Shown here: one piece after another, positions 59,702-64,000 of the stretch | How the letters are laid out: the number at the start of each line of letters is the position of its first letter | Position numbering within the stretch: position 1 is the first letter of the stretch | Source: a virus | Length of the DNA stretch: 64,000 bases | Strand: one strand, 5' to 3' | Virus record (IMG/VR): IMGVR_UViG_3300043395_002349 | Location: 36,090 to 100,089 of that record | Program-made: the position numbers and the translations under genes | Notes under the pieces: model-generated | Databases searched by the model: none | What the model saw: the letters and a program-made list of their open reading frames with translations, nothing else | What the model was told of the DNA's origin: nothing

Positions 59702-59836
59702 TTATAATCTGCCTTGACCACGATAGTTCTTTTCGGTTCTGTCGTGTTTGTTGTAAGATTTTTGTGCCTTACCTTTTTTTCTTTTGCCAAACGAAACCTT
59801 TTGGCTGTCTTTTGCTGACGATTTTGCCTTTGCCAT
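59702..59836 (-). CDS. 44-aa basic protein ending YRGQGRL
   Basis: Manual translation MAKAKSSAKDSQKVSFGKRKKGKAQKSYNKHDRTEKNYRGQGRL; AAGGAG and a TATTTAT motif upstream. Confidence 0.75.
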   Translation of the reverse strand: MAKAKSSAKDSQKVSFGKRKKGKAQKSYNKHDRTEKNYRGQGRL

Positions 59837-59875
59837 AATGTTACTCCTTTTAGGAATAAATATTATGGTTTAAGA

Positions 59876-60064
59876 TTAATCTACTTTTTTTCCGTACTTA
59901 ACTAACTCTTCAAAGTTTGGTGCCAATTGATTAAATTTCATTCCCATAGCCTGAAGAATTAATTTAATATCTTCGATTGTATTTACTTTACTAAAATCAA
60001 ATTCATACCAATCAATTTTAATTTCTGTTGGTTGTTCTACTACGTTTTCTAATTGTTCGCTCAT
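59876..60064 (-). CDS. Hypothetical protein
   Basis: 62 aa; FDFSKVNTIEDIKLIL. Confidence 0.6.
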   Translation of the reverse strand: MSEQLENVVEQPTEIKIDWYEFDFSKVNTIEDIKLILQAMGMKFNQLAPNFEELVKYGKKVD

Positions 60065-60069
60065 TTTAT

Positions 60070-60279
60070 TTATTTTTTAATTTGAAAATCTTTTCCGTAT
60101 ATATTATTATCCTTCAACCATTGTATTATTTGCAATACTGAACGTGCTTCTATACTACTTTCACTTAATGGTCTTTCTTTATTAATTTCTAATTTATTTT
60201 TCGCGGCAGTTTCAATCTTTTCCAATTCACTTCTTTCTATAATAAGAAACTCTTTATACTGTCCTAATATTTGTTCCAT
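60070..60279 (-). CDS. Hypothetical protein
   Basis: 69 aa, tightly packed. Confidence 0.55.
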   Translation of the reverse strand: MEQILGQYKEFLIIERSELEKIETAAKNKLEINKERPLSESSIEARSVLQIIQWLKDNNIYGKDFQIKK

Positions 60280-60328
60280 AACTTATTTAAGGGGGGAGGG
60301 GCGGAATGAGGGGGGTTCGTTGTCGTTG

Positions 60329-60523
60329 TTACGATTTTTTTGAAACCACTTTCTTTTTCTTAGCTTTTATCTTCTTATTCTCTTTTACTTCATATGTAAT
60401 TGGTCGAAAAGATTCCGCGTATAAGAACATATCCGTAAACTCATCACTATATTCGGTAATAAATGTACGTTGTGGTGCGAAAAATTTAGAGAAAAGTTGA
60501 TTTATAGCCTTCATTTTACCCAT
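60329..60523 (-). CDS. Hypothetical protein
   Basis: 64 aa, basic tail. Confidence 0.5.
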   Translation of the reverse strand: MGKMKAINQLFSKFFAPQRTFITEYSDEFTDMFLYAESFRPITYEVKENKKIKAKKKKVVSKKS

Positions 60524-60528
60524 ATATA

Positions 60529-61158
60529 TTACTTCGCCTTTGTTTTCGGTGAAGTTTTCTTAGTTTTTTTAGTATTTTTTTTAGTTTTTATTTTTTTATC
60601 CTCTTTTATTTGTGCATCGTATTGTTTTTTAGCATCTATTAGGACTTTATTTGGTTTACAATCTTCACAATCTTCTTCTATTGGTGTTTCGTTATCCCAC
60701 TCATCGAATTGACCATCATAATCTTCACCATCGAATTGATAATCTTCAAAACCATCACTATCGTAATGTAATCCTTCATTACCATTTTGTCCTATAATAT
60801 CCATTCTCTTTGATGCAATTGTCTCATCCCAATCGTAATGTGGTTTTGGTTCTTCTACCTCAGGTCCTTCTGTCCATTCACCAAAAAAATCGTTTTCTAA
60901 TTCTTCTCTATCTTCGTATTTCCAATTGTTTAATTGTTTCTTTAAATTTTCATTTTCTTCTTCTATCAATTCTTCCGCCATAGATTTTATTTGATTATTC
61001 CATGTATCCATATGATATCCCAATCCAACAATTAATGTTTGAAAGGCATCAAATAATTCATCAATGCTTGTATCACTATGGTCTATTTCAACGGTTACTT
61101 TAGTTCCATATTGTTGTGCGGTAAGAATGGTAGGCTTTACAAAATCTTTTAAATTCAT
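60529..61158 (-). CDS. Hypothetical protein with acidic core and basic tail
   Basis: RMDIIGQNGNEGLHY motif; host-type promoter upstream. Confidence 0.6.
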   Translation of the reverse strand: MNLKDFVKPTILTAQQYGTKVTVEIDHSDTSIDELFDAFQTLIVGLGYHMDTWNNQIKSMAEELIEEENENLKKQLNNWKYEDREELENDFFGEWTEGPEVEEPKPHYDWDETIASKRMDIIGQNGNEGLHYDSDGFEDYQFDGEDYDGQFDEWDNETPIEEDCEDCKPNKVLIDAKKQYDAQIKEDKKIKTKKNTKKTKKTSPKTKAK

Positions 61159-61178
61159 AATAGTATAGTTTAATAACT

Positions 61179-61210
61179 ACAATATACAAAAAAGATTTAA
61201 GATTGCCAAA
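61179..61210 (-). promoter_or_regulatory. Bacteroidota-type promoter (variant)
   Basis: TTTG-N20-TATATTGT. Confidence 0.5.
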
Positions 61211-62411
61211 TATTGTCGGATATAATTAAAGGAAGTAGAGAAGTATTGTATATAAGATTATGTATATGTAAACGATTCTTTTCAGCTATATCATTAGCAA
61301 TTTCTATACGAGAATTAAACTCATTCTCATCCATACCCAACAACCAATCTATGTTTTGTTGTAGTAAGGATAACCAATGAGTATAGTTCTCATCTGAAAA
61401 TCTTTGAATATCTTCTGTCTGTAAATTCTCTTTATGTGAAAAAGAATTATAAAAATCTAATAGCTGAGGTGTATAGAGTGATTCGTAGGGTTGAATACCG
61501 AAAACCTTTAATAGAGAATGTGAAATCATATCCGAATGAATAAAAGGCTTTCCTAAAAACAATAACTTAATCGTTTTCTCATTCCATTTAATAAGGTGAG
61601 GGAAAGAAACGTTGTGGGTTGATGTCTCATACACTATCTCCATTTTAGAATACAATGTCATTTCAATAAATTGTTTTAAATACCAATTCTCCGTTATGTT
61701 ACCCGAATCTAAAAGTGGAGTAATAGCCGTATCGAATATATTAGATTTAAACGTGTCCGTAGATGTGAAAAACAATTGTGGATGTTTTAGTTCACCTAAG
61801 TATTTGTATAAAAACTTTCTAACCTTTGTCGTCCTTTTATTAATATGAAAACCTACTCTATACCTTTTATCAAATCTTTTAAATATATCATATCCATACT
61901 CAAATATGGCACCGGATTGAAATGTGGGCTGGTTGTGATAGTTGTGGAAAAGGACTTTAGGATTGAAAATAAAATTCTTAAATGGAAGGTCAATGTCCCA
62001 AATCACTCTTACATTATCAAAAGTTCCGATAGTATCTAATACTTCGGTATTTTGCATTAATGAATTAGAAATCCAATAATCTTCCGTATGTTTACCTATT
62101 AATATAAATTTCTTATCTGAATGTTTTCTGAATTCGTTTAGTAATACATCCAATGGTTCGTTTCTTACTACCCCATATAATACTAAAACGTTTATGTCAC
62201 TTAACGTATCTATATCAAACCCACTTTCTTGTATTTTCCAAACTTTATTTGGATATACCGTTATATCAGCATTATGTAAAGAAAATGTATAAGGTCCGTT
62301 TACAGGTGGTTCAAACTTAAATACATTAGAATCTTTACTTTGTAATTCTTCTAATTCATTTAATGTCCAACAATATGTTTCTTTGTTAAGTTGAAAAATT
62401 GAAACTGTCAT
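61197..62411 (-). CDS. Hypothetical protein, possibly glycosyltransferase-like
   Basis: IVYET...EKTIK....KPFI, loosely resembling the GT10 C-terminal motif. Confidence 0.5.
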   Translation of the reverse strand: MTVSIFQLNKETYCWTLNELEELQSKDSNVFKFEPPVNGPYTFSLHNADITVYPNKVWKIQESGFDIDTLSDINVLVLYGVVRNEPLDVLLNEFRKHSDKKFILIGKHTEDYWISNSLMQNTEVLDTIGTFDNVRVIWDIDLPFKNFIFNPKVLFHNYHNQPTFQSGAIFEYGYDIFKRFDKRYRVGFHINKRTTKVRKFLYKYLGELKHPQLFFTSTDTFKSNIFDTAITPLLDSGNITENWYLKQFIEMTLYSKMEIVYETSTHNVSFPHLIKWNEKTIKLLFLGKPFIHSDMISHSLLKVFGIQPYESLYTPQLLDFYNSFSHKENLQTEDIQRFSDENYTHWLSLLQQNIDWLLGMDENEFNSRIEIANDIAEKNRLHIHNLIYNTSLLPLIISDNIWQS

Positions 62412-62624
62412 TTATATTAAGTAAATTTATTTTTATAATTGTAACACAATTAAATATTTGGTACTACCAATAAGTATATTAATTTCCTATAGTCAAAAAT
62501 TTTTACCCCACAATATATGCGTACATGGTCCATATATAAATTTTTTTTAATATGTCGACTTACGGGAAATGGAGAAGCTCCACCTACACTACAACACAGG
62601 CCAGGCATAGGTTTGGCAGGGCAT

Positions 62625-62654
62625 AAAAAAACCGGAGTGTAGAAACACCCCGGT
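62625..62654 (-). terminator. Rho-independent terminator
   Basis: ACCGGGGTGT-TTCT-ACACTCCGGT (one G-U pair) followed by a T tract on the minus strand. Confidence 0.85.
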
Positions 62655-62684
62655 AAAATTCAAGAGACTGAGAGAAATAATCCG

Positions 62685-63032
62685 TTATGCAAATTCAGTT
62701 TGTAATTCTTTTGCTAATGTTCTGCTTTTCTTTGCAGTGTCTATACTATGATTAGCTAACTTAATAAGTACTTCTTGATTGATATAGTTACTTGCTAACC
62801 TTTCGTTAATAAATCTTTTTAGTGTCTTTGTTCTATATACTACATTGAATACATCTTGCATCAAGTTCTCGCTGTATTGTTTCACTATCTTATATTGGTT
62901 AGTGTATTTATCTTTTAGTGTCACTCTTGCTGTTTTCTTTTTTGCTACCGCCTTTGTTTTCTTTGCTACTACTTTCTTAGTTGTTACTTTCTTTGCTTTC
63001 ATTGTCTTAGTTACTTTAGTATTCTTTTTCAT
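62685..63032 (-). CDS. Basic protein with histone-H1-like K/A/T-rich N-terminus
   Basis: MKKNTKVTKTMKAKKVTTKKVVAKKTKAVAKKK; start at 63032 preferred because it avoids overlap. Confidence 0.6.
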   Translation of the reverse strand: MKKNTKVTKTMKAKKVTTKKVVAKKTKAVAKKKTARVTLKDKYTNQYKIVKQYSENLMQDVFNVVYRTKTLKRFINERLASNYINQEVLIKLANHSIDTAKKSRTLAKELQTEFA

Positions 63033-63111
63033 ATTGTATAAATTTTGTTGATAAAAAAAATTTTGTTCATCTTCCCATCTATCCGCGAGTATTTCTATAT
63101 CTACCCACATA

Positions 63112-63393
63112 TTAGTTGTGTTGGTTTTCAGTTGAGAATATGTTTTGTAGCATTGCTTCACCTTTCATTTGCGGTACTAACTTATTCAATGCCTGTACAA
63201 ATGCCGCACCCATCTCATTCATATCATCATCCTGTTGAAAAGGTCCTTTAGGTTCATTGAATACATGCTGTAAAGTATCCATTGTTGCTTTCTTTGTATG
63301 TAATGGCGTTCTCGGTGATGCCATAATAGCGTGAATGATACCAAACATATGCATTGCTACTAATTCAGCTGGTGTGTGTTGTTCGTTACTCAT
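63112..63393 (-). CDS. Hypothetical protein
   Basis: 93 aa. Confidence 0.55.
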   Translation of the reverse strand: MSNEQHTPAELVAMHMFGIIHAIMASPRTPLHTKKATMDTLQHVFNEPKGPFQQDDDMNEMGAAFVQALNKLVPQMKGEAMLQNIFSTENQHN

Positions 63394-63405
63394 TGTTATT
63401 ATTGT

Positions 63406-63657
63406 TTATTGTTTTTGATAATCTTGTTGCATATCCCATTCTACTCTATTCAATTCGGTATCGTATTCCATACCCATCAGGTCATTCATATTAAAACGAG
63501 TATCAAACCATTCATTTGCTGCACCTTCTAATGCTGCGTGTTTGATGGCTTGCTCTACTGTCATTTCACCATCTTCTACCTGGCTAATAAGAAAGTCAGT
63601 TATATGTTCTACATCAAAGTGCTCTACTATCTTATAAGGTTTGTTTTTGTTGCTCAT
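63406..63657 (-). CDS. Hypothetical protein
   Basis: 83 aa. Confidence 0.55.
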   Translation of the reverse strand: MSNKNKPYKIVEHFDVEHITDFLISQVEDGEMTVEQAIKHAALEGAANEWFDTRFNMNDLMGMEYDTELNRVEWDMQQDYQKQ

Positions 63658-63659
63658 AA

Positions 63660-63989
63660 TTATTTTTTTACTTTTGTTGAATTTAATTTATATTCACCGG
63701 TCCTTAACAATTCCGTTTCTATTCTATGTGCTTCTCTCTTACCCCTTACTACTTCTACAACGTACACATCATAAACATCAGCACCGAATTTATTAATATC
63801 CTTATACAATGCCCAATCTTTATTTTCACATTTTGCTCTACTAACATGCTTTTGAAAACGGCGAAGGGCACTATAATTAAATGCCCTTCCAATACATGCT
63901 GTAACTCCTATATAACGTTTGTGGTTTTCGTTATTATAAAGTTCGTATATAATGTGATTTCTATCTGACCGTTTCTTTCTCATACTCAT
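63660..63989 (-). CDS. GIY-YIG nuclease family protein
   Basis: IIYEL...RYIGVT...RRFQKH...E....LN. Confidence 0.8.
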   Translation of the reverse strand: MSMRKKRSDRNHIIYELYNNENHKRYIGVTACIGRAFNYSALRRFQKHVSRAKCENKDWALYKDINKFGADVYDVYVVEVVRGKREAHRIETELLRTGEYKLNSTKVKK

Positions 63990-64000
63990 TTCGTTTGTTT

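Noticed and set aside
62412-62684. tRNA or known structured RNA
   Set aside because: No cloverleaf or T-loop recognised by eye; tRNAscan/Infernal would be needed to exclude it.
1450-63968. Plus-strand ORFs in the track, and minus-strand 14129..14311
   Set aside because: Short shadows overlapping well-supported minus-strand genes, with no recognisable motifs.
63660-63989. Intron-encoded homing endonuclease
   Set aside because: Free-standing short GIY-YIG with no interrupted host gene visible.
1-64000. Stop-codon reassignment
   Set aside because: ORFs are intact and densely packed in code 11; TAA, TGA (375) and TAG (44226, 54374) all end genes.

Overview
This is a 64-kb segment of a large, AT-rich tailed dsDNA phage, probably a myovirus (gp25-, gp6- and gp5-like baseplate genes). 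Essentially all real genes are on the minus strand in standard code 11. Host-type promoters TTTG-N19/20-TAnnTT and a 'CSKE' lipoprotein point to a Bacteroidota host. Contents in + coordinates: glycan-modification genes (1-2.1 kb); a repeat-rich tail fibre with an S74 chaperone (2.4-6.9 kb); a replication block with an SbcD-SbcC fusion, primase, a PHP-less DnaE and a T7 endo I-like resolvase (8.3-14.6 kb); a tail/baseplate block (15.7-32.8 kb); a carbamoyltransferase, gp55-like sigma, peptide deformylase, IscU/IscA, UvsE, two DNA MTases, Hsp20 and an HD protein (33-47 kb); a dense tailoring-enzyme island (47.8-58.6 kb); then small or hypothetical genes. The best candidate for an undescribed system is that island. 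Its central gene encodes a circularly permuted ATP-grasp domain, a Hint domain that keeps only its C-terminal-cleavage residues, and a 39-aa 8-Cys peptide. Around it lie 11 2OG-Fe(II) oxygenases, 3 sulfotransferases, a radical SAM enzyme and a Cys-rich protein. 15 of these 16 proteins end in the same basic...[T/S/K]-L-[L/I/V/F/Y]-COOH-type tag. All calls are by eye from motifs; no database searches were run.
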